A DNA stretch of 64,000 nt, from the NCBI GenBank assembly GCA_027604505.1, contig JADIIX010000012.1, positions 186,001 to 250,000 on the forward strand, in the 5' to 3' direction. Positions 42,967 through 55,042 of the stretch are shown one piece after another; the stretch's first letter is position 1; the number at the start of each line of letters is the position of its first letter. The stretch is from Gonapodya sp. JEL0774 (Eukaryota). Both the position numbers and the translations under genes were made by a program. Under the pieces are notes generated by a model. The model was not told the origin of the DNA. It was given only the letters and a program-made list of their open reading frames with translations, and searched no databases.

Positions 42967-44389
42967 ATGCCAGTTGCAGCACCTCGAAATCTGGAAGCGA
43001 AGGTCAGTTACTCCATGTCTTCCGATCGTGTCGGATTCACTTGTCAGTGAACCGCAAACTTCTGACATTTACGAATGTTCGATTCCAGTGGTACACCAGC
43101 ACTTCCATTTTCGATGCGGAAAAGAGGACCATTTTCCGAACTTCGTGGCTCTTTTGCACCAATGTTCTCCGTCTCAAGGCTCAGAAAGTTTTCCAGTTCG
43201 AGGTTGCGGGGTTTGTGACAATGAGCGGTCCGCTTCCGTTCCCACACATCATACATCATCTGCTCTCTCACTCATTTCAGACACGAAGTGAAACTCTGTC
43301 TTGCACCCGAATCAGAAAACCTTGCTGTCTCCGCAGTTTGCGCTGATGGAGCTCCCTTGGCTGTTCATGTCACCCCCCAGGGCTTCGTGTTCATCAATTT
43401 TGCGGGAAACGACGCTGTTCCGTTCACAGAGTTTTACAAAGGCCTAGATGAAGAGCTGCTTACCGCTGACTTCAATCCATCGCAATGGATCTAGTGAGTG
43501 TACCTGGAGTTGAGCTGTAGCGCCGAGTGTCTCATGTGCAACAACGTATGGAATGGATCCTAACGAGCAATGCATTCGCTCACGAAGTGAAACCGAATTC
43601 GTCGATCACGCTGCGACGAACTGGAAGTGCTATATTGATAATTACGCTGAATGGTGAGACTCATTGGACGATAAGCGGACATCTCAAATTCAGAGCAACA
43701 TTCTTTCTGTAATTCATCCCAACCACGCTGTAGTTACCACTGCCCTACAGGGCACCCCGTAACATTTGGTGGCTATGACCTCAAGACCTACAGGGTGGAC
43801 AACAAAACCAATTATGCACAACATCAATGTGCCCGCAAGGTTGGAAAGCCCAAAACAGAGACTAGTAGTAATGGCAAAGTGGATGGTCTGGGCACGTCGA
43901 ATGGACTGTGGGTCTGGCTGTACCCAAATGCTGCGTTGTCCATCGTGAGTTTCTTAATTGTGGTGGATCATCGGTTCCCTTTTGATCCGAGCAACCACTC
44001 CACTTTAGTACTCGGATGCAGTTTCTTGTATGGTGGTTGAACCCGTTTCACCGACCACGTCCAGACTCAGGTTTCAGGTGAGTACTATTTGATGACCTCC
44101 AGTCTGGTTGAAGCCTCCATCTCCCGTCGACAATGCTGCTTCCCTCCCACAAATCTTGACCCGCCGCCCGAAGGTTTTCTTCCGTGCCACATCCTCCTCT
44201 GCAGCCCGTTCCGCATTCCTTTCTTCCCTCAAAGCCGTTGTGGGCGAAGATCTCGAATTGTCTGAGGGTGCACAGCGTAATTTCAGCTCGGGTATATGGG
44301 GTTCCGGGGTGCTCCACCCCACCAGGGAGAATGGGGTGGTGTACTTTCAGAAAAGGGTGAGAGAAGATGTTGGGGCCCTCATTGAATAG
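42967..44389 (+). CDS. Aromatic ring-hydroxylating / choline monooxygenase-like oxygenase alpha subunit lacking the Rieske cluster motif
   Basis: Spliced product: MPVAAPRNLEAKWYTSTSIFDAEKRTIFRTSWLF...GFVFINF...NWKCYIDNYAECYHCPTGHP...WLYPNA...GEDLELSEGAQRNFSSGIWGSGVLHPTRENGVVYFQKRVRE. Confidence 0.8.
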
Positions 44390-44634
44390 TGAGCTGCGAA
44401 GAAATCACATACTAGCTTCCCGCGCTGTTCTGCAATCAAGAGCTCTTTAGAGTAAATGATTGAGGTAGTCTATATTGAAACATTTCCCAAACAACCGATC
44501 TAAAATGGACAATCCCATAGAATTTTGTATTCCGTACAGTCGGTAAAATGAGGCACACATGATCGAGCCAGACCAGACGTCAACGAAATGCCCAAAGGAG
44601 TACAGCAGCTTTCCCGCTAACCAGCACGGTCTGC

Positions 44635-46319
44635 CTATTTGCCACCAGTGGTACCGAGACCCATGACGCTCTTGAAGGAGTCTATAGGGTGTAGGTACGA
44701 GAGTAACAGGCCATGAGAAACTAACGGGTAATGACAGAAATGGCTGCGTGCACATGATTACGTACCGTAGATCCACCATTGGAAACCTGTCGGTTCAAAA
44801 TTAAGGTCAAACAGCGGGATCAGCCACAGTCAACTACTCCAAATGGCAGAAAGTGAACCGCGTCCCGAAACTCACCGGTGAGTGTACCAATCATCAAAAT
44901 ACGTGTTCCAAGGCCTTTGGTTGCCAGCGAGTAAAATCCTGTCTCCGACGCGATCTGGCCAAGGCCCTTGCCTTTGTTCTCCGCCTTGCCCATGAGCGAG
45001 ACAAGGGAGTCGGCTGGGTGGGAAACGATGGCGCAAGCGACACCCGCAATGTAACCAGAGGCAAACGTGACACCGAGTTGGGTGACCTTGGAGTAAGTCT
45101 CCTTGGGTGCGGTAAGGACGTAGGTGTAGAACAAGGAAACGGTCTGCGAACAGGGTGGGGAGGGGTTGAGCGTCTTCAATACAACCGACGAGATGCAACT
45201 GTACACACCTGCTCAAAGAGCACGAATTTCTATAGTTCAAATGGACATCCGAACAAAAACGTGCTGTAAGATACAACGGTTTCAAAAACTGGACACTAAG
45301 AGAATCCACCAACCGCAATGGTGTAAGGAATCTGTCTGCTCCAGAGGGGCACAATGGAGCCGTACGGGTAACGGGTGGTTCCACGCTCGGCCCACATTTT
45401 GGCGGTGGCAGCAGCGAAACCGGTGGGCCAGGTGCCAGCGGGGGAAGTCTGAACCTTGACCTTGACCATCTCGAGGGGGCAGAGGGCAATGTCTAACAGT
45501 GGACCGGAATTAAATTCAGCCAACATAGCGATTAATTTTGGTTGAGGTGACTTTGAAAAGGGGCATCGTTAAGGGGGGACGTTCAACAAACCCGCAAAGA
45601 ACTCAGCGGACGCAGATCCGGCAGCCCAAATCCACGCCTTATACTTCTTCGAATTCTCTTCGCCAGCGAGGGTCGAGTACTGGTCCTTGAAAACCTCGTA
45701 TAAGCCGTACTTAAAGGCTCCCTGCAGAGAGTACCCAATGAGAGTGGGAGCCCATCCTTTCCATATGGCAGCAGATCCCTCCTCCTTCATAATGGTCTTC
45801 AAGCCAGAAACAAGGCCATTATATTTGCCCGGGTACACCTGATTCAAATGTGAACAAAGAGCCAATTAAGAGGGCATACAATCAAATTCGAGGGCAAGAC
45901 CGTTGGAAAGAACTGCGCCATCCACGGCATTGAAGTGATGAATAACGGACCTGCATGTTACATTTGGTAACATCCAGAGGTGTTATTCCCGTGTGTGTTA
46001 GACCACACGCGAGAACACCTCCAAATAGGCACTTCTGGTAGTATTCGACTGGAAATCATGGAGTGAACGGCGAAATGTGGACGGATAGATATGTTGCGGT
46101 TCAGTAGACCATGCAATGCGTAGATCGACGCGTGCAAAAGAAGTTGGATGCAGAGTTGGTCGTTAGGGACGAGAGAAATCGGATGTTTTTTGTGGTAAGC
46201 ACAAGAAGAAAAGATGATGGCGCGGACGAAGGGACCCGCAAAGGCGCTTTCTACTGACCGGTGTGGGGGACGGCACCGGCAAATCGCGCATCCCATTTTC
46301 CCTGTGTCGCAACTGCCAT
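44635..46319 (-). CDS. MIR1: Mitochondrial phosphate carrier (SLC25A3/Mir1 family)
   Basis: CGLTHTGITPLDVTKCNMQ, GWAPTLIGYSLQGAFKYGLYEVFKD, ALCPLEMVKVKVQT, PLWSRQIPYT, VSHPADSLVS and RILMIGTLTGFQWWIYG. Confidence 0.95.
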
Positions 46320-46495
46320 TTTGATGGAATTGAGAAAGTTTCACAAAGTGAGTCCAGTGATCCGGGACACGTTGAAAAGCCTGAGAGGGCGTGCCTCCCT
46401 TGACCACAGGCAACTGCATGGGCTGAGTTCTGAGACAACGTGTATGTATGTATGTATGGCGTGTATGTAGTCTAACTCCACAAGAGCAAACGAAT

Positions 46496-47781
46496 TCACC
46501 AAGGTATTTCTGCTTTGACGTAGTTGGCTATTGCTTGGAGTGTCTCCATTGTGAAAATATCATTATGCCCTCGGCGCTGGTTGGAGAAAGAAGAGAACTT
46601 GTAACTCAGCGAGAGCAGAAGAGTTTACAGTTGCCCACACCTCAAGCCACAATGGGGCGACAGTATTTGTGGTCGGAGGAAAGCGTGATGCGGTTTTCGA
46701 ATTGAGGTACAGGAATTGGCCGTGTGTAAAAGGAACAACTTCATCTTCGCGCCCATGAATGAACAATATTGGTAAATCAATCAATTGAATGCGCTTGTAC
46801 GAGGGAAAGTAATCGAATAACGGTATAGAGAACGGCGCCACGACCTGGGTCGTGGACTTAAAAGGGCTGATGAGGACCATTTTCGAAGCTACCACGGGAT
46901 GAAGGTCTCAGCAAGAGCCAGGTTTTCAAGGGTAATCTGTGTAGAGACTCACCTTTGTACTGTGTCGCTAACCAGACTGTCGGACCAGTTCCTAACGACC
47001 GCCCCACCAGGGTGACTTCGCTCGCTCGATACGGTCGACTGCTTGCAGCGCCTCCTCCTGATGCAGCTTCTCCAGTTAGCCAAGTATACACTGCAGCAAT
47101 ATTGTTGTAGCAGTTCTTTTCGCTTGGAGATCCTGTGCTGCGTCCGTATCCGGTGTAGTCCTGATACCTTCAATCGGTCGCATCAGACGTCGGCGGGAAC
47201 AACAGTGGGAACACCTTACGTATGCGATGAGACTGGCGTTACACGCTGCGCTCAATTCACGATAGAGATCGAAACTTCCCGGGTTGAGATTTTCTAAGCA
47301 TTTACATCCAATCAGGCTCATCAGACGTCGGCGGGAACAACAGAACACTTTCAACAACCCATAGTGGCTTACCGGCGTTCCCATGACTGTACAAGATAAC
47401 TTTGTCCGATCCCTTCCTGAAAAGCACCAGAAACGGATGATTTAGTACCTTATTGTCAGTTGTGCTTCATGTAACTCACTTGGGAATCCACAAGCACGCT
47501 ATTTCGCCGTTGGTCCCATTATCGAGCTTTGAATGGATGAAAAGAAATCGTTCGCCCTTCTCCGTCTTCAGAAGAACGGCGGGAGCGTCGACTGAGCAAG
47601 CTTCCACAGCACACAATCGATCTTCACCCTCCACCATTTTACATACTCGCAATGCAAGCTCTTCGCCCCCAGGAGGTGAGGATTCGTTTACAGACGCTGC
47701 AGGGAAGACAATTTGATCGACGATGGTCCAGGGAAACATGAGAATAGATTCAATCAATGTATTGACTGGATGTGCAGTCAT
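46496..47781 (-). CDS. Alpha/beta hydrolase, ABHD17/ABHD13-like
   Basis: LYSHGNAE, AYDYTGYGRS, nucleophile GRSLGTGP, HGREDEVVP and GHND (Ser-Asp-His triad). Confidence 0.85.
47161..47372 (-). repeat. Pair of homologous adjacent introns sharing an identical 25-bp core
   Basis: catcagacgtcggcgggaacaacag at 47181-47205 and 47319-47343, inside introns 47161-47219 and 47294-47372. Confidence 0.85.
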
Positions 47782-47872
47782 CGCCGAACAGGTCTCAAAA
47801 TTTGTATTTATTAATTGTTCTACCGAGAGTTCCGCAATCTGCCGAAACTTTTTTTTTTTTGCCGAAAGGAGA

Positions 47873-49235
47873 CTACGCCTTAACTTCAGCCTTCACTTCT
47901 TCACGAGCGACACCATACCGGACTGTTCATTGTTGGCATCGAAAATGAGTGAGTAAAGAAAATAGTTGTGCAAAAACAATCAAGCACGCCGCGATCATGC
48001 GCACCTTCTTCTCGGTAATAATCGTCGAACCCGACAATCCTCGACACCTCTCTAAAGTCCATGATCTTCTCCTTCGTCTTCTCCAAACCCTGCTCGGTAT
48101 CGTCCTTCATGAGCTCCAGCGTGTCAATTATTGTCTTAATAATGGCGCTGAACAGTGTCGCTGGGTGGATGGCGGCGACGTAACCCATCTTAGCGAGCAC
48201 GGGTGTGGGGAAAACAGGCGTCAGGCCTGTTTCCACATTATTGCAACATCTATGAAGATCGGGATTTAGGACATTGCGAAACAGCAAAACAGGTGGAAGC
48301 GCTCACTTGAATCCTGGAATCTCTTTGCACAACCGCACCATTTCCTCCTCACTTCGCGGCGCCTCAAGAAAGACCATGTCTGCACCGAGTTCGTGGAACT
48401 TCTGACACCTTTTCAACACCCGAAAGACTCGGTTTTAATATAACTACAGAAAAGAAGACGCCCGCGGTTTGTTCCCACACACCGGTAAATTGCCTCATCG
48501 AGGCTCTCAGGACCGCGCGCATCCGTCCGTGCCATGATGAAAATGTCGATTCCGCATTCTCTGCGGGCGTCCACAGCCGCGCGAACACGGGCAAAAGCCT
48601 CCTCTCGACTGACCACGGCCTTGCCCTTGGTGTGTCCGCAACGTTTGGGGAAGACTTGGTCTTCAATCATTATGCCACCAATCATAGATTGTGCGAAAGC
48701 GCTGAACAGGAGAAATAAATCTAATAGTGAGAAACCGCACTCGATAGTTTCCATGACTGTTGAACCACTCACGCGACAGTCCTCTTCAAGTTCATAGGAT
48801 TCCCATATCCCGTGTCTGCATCCGCGATTATGGGAATTGTGGTGACATCCGCAATTCCTTGAACAGTGTCGAGCTAGCAAATGATTATGAAGTTTAAATG
48901 TGATTCTTCGTCTCGTTCCAGGACATCGGGCCGGGAACACTCACAACCTCTTTGTAGCTGAGGAGTCCAGTATCCGGGTAGCCTTTCATGGCAGCAACAC
49001 CATAACCAGTCATGAAAGAAGCAGGGAAACCGGCCCTTTCGATAAGTTTCGCAGAAAGTGCATCTGTATAATGGTATTGACACCACAAATCCAACTTCTC
49101 AATCGTAAATTTACCCCAAACGATCTCACAGCAAGAATCGTTTACCTGAGCAGCAGGGCATCTTAACACATCTGCCTTCATCCTAATTTCAGCGGACGGG
49201 AACAGTGGAAGGCAATGATTTGAGCTGGATGGCAT
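47873..49235 (-). CDS. Isocitrate lyase/PEP mutase superfamily lyase (carboxyvinyl-carboxyphosphonate phosphorylmutase / 2,3-dimethylmalate lyase-like)
   Basis: DALSAKLIERAGF..FMTGYGVAA..GYPDTGLLSY, DADTGYGNP, IEDQVFPKRCGHTKGKAVV, IMARTDAR and GADMVFLEAP. Start is at 49181 or 49235. Confidence 0.85.
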
Positions 49236-49923
49236 TCGTAGCGCACGGAAGTGTCAAGACGATACGTTCACAATGTACCTGGGCCTTTTGCAAGAGAGAT
49301 CGAAGCGTTTGAGCGCGGGTGTTGGGACGTAGTGCACGGTCTGGCTGCATCGTTGTGTGTAATCGAGATATCGAAATCGGCTTTTATGGAAACTGTGGGG
49401 TTGTCGGGAACAAAATCCTTCGATCGGGATCTCATTATTTATTGAACTTCGTCCATTCACGCGGACAGGACAAATGATTCATTTCTCCATCTGTGTTGTA
49501 CCTCTTGAGTAGTAATAGAGAACACGTCAGAAATTCCAGGCAAGTTTGTTCACGTTCGCTTATGGCTCGAACTGTAGAGGCAGAAACGTCGCAGGCAAAA
49601 ACGAAACGTCCAATTCCTCGCTTCTATGAGTGCATCAGCATTCTTTTAGTTCGAAACAAACAGTTCTATTCAGCTATTCAATGGATGCCTCGAAACACAA
49701 CAAAATTGGTTCCGGCGACTCCCCTTGATTTGGTGCCGAGCTCCTCCCGATCCACTGCTCCAAACAAGGATGTGTGGAGAACATTTGTTTGATATTTATT
49801 ATGATGTAAAAGAAAAACAAAAAGCAGATTTCATGTTTCTTTTTAATTCTTAAGCAATGATGTTAAAAGTGATTTGGTAGTTGTGCGTGCTTCACGATTC
49901 GCCTTTGATCATCTCCTTCCCAG

Positions 49924-52900
49924 TCACTCCTCCTCCTCCTCCTCCTCGTCCTTACTCTCAGTATCAGCCATCATAGTGGCCGCCGGCCCCGCCGACTTGA
50001 ACCTAATCTTGAGCGCTCCTCCACGGGTCGCGGCACCTCCATCCATCGCAGTCGCCGGTTTCACCTTCTTGGGACGGCCCCTCTTCCGAGGTCCCTCGCT
50101 TTTCACTATCTCATCCGCCTCGCTGTTGTGCACGCTGCCTGCGTCGACCGACATGCCATCAGTCTCCTCACCATAGTCGTCTCCAAGGTCTTGCATTCTC
50201 CTTTTGCGATCTCCTCGGCCTCCCTTCTCTGCATCATCCTCCCTCCTCTTCCTCTTGCCCGCAGTGGTCACGCTCAACGAATCTTCAGTGCCGTCATCGT
50301 CACTCCCGTCCATATCATCGCTCTCGACGTCCGAGTCCTCCCATTGTCTGTTCGCCAGCTTGTCTTCGTTAAAGGTCACACCGTCACGGCGGCGGCGCCC
50401 ACGGCCAAACGAGAAAGGGTCGTCCCTCCGAACAACCTTGGGCTGATCCTTGCGGAAAATCTCGGGGACCTCTTCCAATTGCATCAACCTGGGCCTCGGT
50501 GACTGCCCCTGTGCACGCCACTCCTGCGCATCTCGAGCTGCGATGTCCACATCCATCCTCCGGAACATCTCCATCTCCTCCTCGTTTCGCGCGATTATCT
50601 CCAGAAGATCCTCATCCCGGGTCTCCTCCTCCTCAGCATCAATCCCATCATTCTCGTTCTCGTCCTCGCCTTCTCCACCCTCCCCACCACCAAGGAGAGA
50701 CCTCAGAAAAGCCTCTCGCTCCTCATTAGTCGACTTGTTATCAAACTTTCCCGCTTGGATGACCTTGCTGTCCATATCCAACTTGTACCGCGCCCTCTGG
50801 AGAATGTTCTCCTCGACTGAGCGTGCAGTCACCAAACGAAAGATCTTGACCTCCTTCGTCTGTCCAATACGATGTGCGCGGTCTTGCGCCTGGAGATCCT
50901 GGTGCGGATTCCTTTAGGGCGAAGAGACAAAGGACAAACGTACAAAACGTCAATATTTGAATTCCAAACCCTCATAATCCACTCCCGAACATACCAGTCT
51001 GAATCAAAAATGATAACTGTGTCCGCCACCTGCAGATTGAGCCCCAAACCGCCTGCCCTTGTCGACAATATAAAGAGCTTGTAGTCTGATCTGGGCGAAT
51101 TGAATTCCGCCATCATGTTCGCACGGTCCTCGTGTTTGGTGTGACCATCCAGGCGGAGGACGCCGATGCCACGGTAAGCGCAATACTCTACAAATACATC
51201 CATGACAAGGGTCTATTGAAAACGGTGAGCGAGATACGGCTCGCTGGTTAGGAATTGATCGAGTTCATGCACGATGCGAATCCATCCGCATACGAACCAT
51301 TTGGAAGAACATGAGCACCTTGTGCCCCGCCGCAAAGAACTTCGGCAGAATCCTATCCAACAACTCGAACTTCCCAGAAACCCTGTACAGCGACATGTTG
51401 TCCTGCATTCCGGGGTCGATCACGTCACGAACCTCGTGGAAGGCGAATGGATGGTTGCAGACTTTGCGTAAGTGCATCAGCGTGTTGCGGAGACCTTTAA
51501 CGCCAGAGCTAGCAGTTTGCGTGAGAGAAGGAAAGAAAAGGCAACATAAGGCTCCGTGCAAGCAACCCACCACTAGACTCCTCTCGGTACTTACGTCGAC
51601 TTCCCGGCGGTGCCCAACATCGGCAACACCCCGTGCTTTTTGATCTGATCATACAATCTCTGTTGCAATGCGCTGAACCCGCACTTGATGACCTTTTCGG
51701 TTTTTCCGGGCAACTGTGCCTCCACATCCTTCTTGAGACGGCGGAGGAGGAACGGACGGAGAACCTTATGAAGTCTCTTGATGATGAGCAGTTGTTCTTC
51801 CTCGTTGAGGGCGACATTGTCTTGGTTCACGCCCGCGACGGCTTGACCTTTGAAAGGACTAAAACGGGTACATACAAAAACATCAGAACAACGCGGATCA
51901 ATACCACTAAGCAACCAGACCCACCTGTTGAACCATTCATCGAACGTCTTCACAGAATCGAAAATCTTGGGGCAGATGAAATTGAGCAGGGACCACAACT
52001 CGGGCAGATTGTTTTGCAGTGGCGTGCCCGTGAGAATGAGACGGTACCGACTCGAATAGTGCGTAGTGAGGATTTGGACAAGCTTGGCTTCAGTGTTCTT
52101 CATGCGGTGACCCTCTGGTGTTGGTAAACGGTAGTGGTAGCACATGTAAGTGATCGAGCTCCAAACAACAGAGCATTGCCAGCCACCCGCCTCAAGTCTT
52201 CCCAAATAATCGCACGTCGCTCCAACTCACCATCAATGATCATGTACACCCATTTGATCCTACTCAACGCAGGTCTGTCCTTATCGTTGATAACAAACTG
52301 ATAGGTCGTGAGAAGCACATTGAAATCCCCCTTCTTGAGTTCCTGCTGGAGCGCCTTTCGCGCCAAAGGCGGGCCCTTGTACACAATTTTCGAGACGCTC
52401 GGCGCCCACTTTTCGAACTCCATCGACCAGTTGGTGAGGGTAGACAGAGGGACGATTACGAGGAACGGTCCCGCTTGGCGTTTACGTTCGACGAGATACG
52501 AGATAAGGGAGATGGTTTGGATGGTTTTGCCCAGACCTGAGGTGGGGAGAAGGATTTGGAAAGTGAATTCATGACCGAAGAGGAAGCCGAGAATCCCATG
52601 TACTCACCCATCTCATCAGCCAGGATGCCATTCAGCCTGTTATTGTACAGACTGACCATCCACTCCAGACCCTTAATCTGGTACTCTTTGAGATTACCAC
52701 CTTTGTTCATAATAGTCGGTTGCTCCGTGACGGGTTCCACAATACGGTGAGCCACAGCGTAATAGTCCAACTTGCCGGCTTTGCGACGACGAGCAGACTC
52801 CTCGGCTGCTCCAGCAAAATCGGTGGCAGGAACTTTGCCCTTTTCGTCGCTTTCCTCCTCGTCGTCGTCCGAGAAGAGTTGGGACTCGTCAATTTCGAGG

Positions 52901-54588
52901 GGCTCTCCCTCGCCGATGGCCTTTTGTTGGGCTAGGACTTGCGCCGAAAGGTTCTTGAGGAATGTAGAGGTTTGGTTGAGGATGGTGGTAATGCGAGTGT
53001 CCTTCGCGGATTCCACGAGTTTGAGGTAGGCTTCTTCGTCTGTATGATGGGAACAAGGACGGAGAGGAGTGTAAGGTGAGTTTATGGACGGACCAAATTG
53101 AGCAAATCGCGTCGCGAATTTGACATTCGGCGAATCAAATTCTCCATGGTACTTTTCCAAGACGGAATCCAGTGCATACGGACGCATAACCGACGCATAA
53201 CCGATGCAAGAACCTGTCGAGTCCTTCGAACCCCAAGATCAGAAGACACATGCAAACAAAAACGTACCATCCTCCCTCAAAGCCCTCAATCTCTCCTTAC
53301 TCAACCTCTCCACCTTTGCCTGTTCCTCTTTCTCGACCCTCGAATGCAACCTTACGATAGCCTGCCCCAACCTCTGAAGCCTCGCGTGCCGCTGCCTGTG
53401 CCAGCTCTTGACGACACCAGCCTGCTGCGCCGCCTGTTCGACGAACTCAAGCTGCCGGGCCTTGTCCTTGCGTTCACGCTCGACACGTTGCTGGCGCTCG
53501 AGCTTGTCTGTGGATCTGGCTTCGCGAACGGAGGGTTTCTTGGGTCGGCGGAAATAGGCCCGGTCGAGGGAGGCGAGAGGAAGTTGGGACGAACTGCGGG
53601 TGTGGGAGAGCAGAATGGTCTTGCGAAGTTCGCGTTGAAAGGGGAGTAGTTTGAGGGCCTTGAGTTCCGTGAGGACGCGGAGTTTGAGCGAGGATGCGCC
53701 ACCGTTGGCGTCAATTGCTGCGAGAGCAGAGGAGCCAACAGGATCACCTGCGATGTTGAGGGGTAATTTCTCGAGCTCGTGGATGCGCGCTTGGACACGG
53801 ACAGTGATTCGATGATCCCGCTCGCGAGCAAGTGTGGCGGGGTCCAGTGCGGTTGGGGCAATCGCAGGCACCAAGAGACGGTGAAAACGACCCGCGTGGT
53901 CAGCGTGAGAAATAGGGCGGGTGAGGAGAGCGTACGGGTTTGAGTCCTTGTTGATTCGATATGGTGAAGGGACGGGTGTGGCTGAGGCAGGGCCACCCGT
54001 GGTCGCCATTACAGATGTAGATGAAGACGACGCCGAGACGGCAGGAGTAGACGGGGCCACTTCGGGGGCATTTTGGGGTTGGGTTGAAAGCACGTCGCCG
54101 ACCCCGGAGCCCCCCAGAAAGGATTCAGAAGCGGGCGAGTGCGAAGTGGCGGGCCCGGCGTTCTGCGAGACTGGCTTGGAAGCGTCGGAGTTACCGTCAA
54201 TAGGGAGTCTTAATTCGATTTGGTATGGTTTGGGGTTTGAAAGGAGGTCGATTCCCAGTGATTTGAGGGGGAGAGGATGAATTTGGCAGCGGAGGCGAAA
54301 AAAAGAAGCAAAAGCGGCAAAATGTGGAAAGGTTAACAGCGGGCAAGGCGGAAGCGCGGAATGATTGGGAAGAGAATTGAAGCCGTCCAGGTGAAGCTGG
54401 GCAGCTGTGGGGTGCCAGAACAGGCACACCACAACCCCCCCCACCAACAGCAGGAGGCCATGAACGCACCCTCTGACAATGCGTCTGAACTCGAGAATCT
54501 GCTTGCGAAGAGTGTCTGCTTGCTCTCGGTTGAAAGGCGTTCCCACTCCGCCGCCTGTCGGGGGAAGCATCGAAGTCAAAGTGGTCAT
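49924..54588 (-). CDS. SWI/SNF-family chromatin remodelling ATPase (Snf2/Sth1/Brahma-like): QLQ, HSA, SNF2 helicase, SnAC, AT-hook
   Basis: QLQ-like [16 protein letters not shown] ([26 protein letters not shown]); [92 protein letters not shown] and [10 protein letters not shown]. Confidence 0.95.
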
Positions 54589-55042
54589 TGAGAGTTTCAT
54601 ATTTGGGTGTGCGCAGAAATAGCTGGCCCAAAGTTTACTGTGGTCTCGCACGGACCACCTGGAGAAAATCGCATTTCTCGAGTTGGCCATTTCTGCGGTA
54701 TTTTGAAATTATTTGCTTGCTTGTCGCAAGTTTTAAAAATAAGAGTGCGCAAGCTGCATTGCTCAGACGGCCCACAGGAGACCAGGGGAAGCTGGTTGAA
54801 AGGGATTTCGGAGTTTGGGCTTACAAAATTAATCATCCCGAGGCCCATTTCACGTTTAAAAATATCGGAGTCCATATTCTTGGTCCATCAGTATCCTCGG
54901 TTGCAGTTGCCCAGTTCAGCGAACAAAGGGGAGCGGCGCCAGTATGACGTGTGAACATCCCAACTCGACTCGTTGAATCTACTCGCTAGAAGAGACACAG
55001 GAACGGCGACGGTTACACCCAAGCAGCGATAGATCTTCAATA

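Noticed and set aside
46441..46460. (TATG)n microsatellite
   Set aside because: About four units; ordinary simple repeat.
47181..47343. 25-bp direct repeat as a CRISPR array
   Set aside because: Only two copies 113 nt apart, both in spliceosomal introns of a eukaryotic gene; no cas genes.
42967..49235. Secondary-metabolite gene cluster (oxygenase, carrier, hydrolase, lyase)
   Set aside because: No backbone synthase, and the phosphate carrier and ABHD are housekeeping-type; adjacency is explained by genome compactness.
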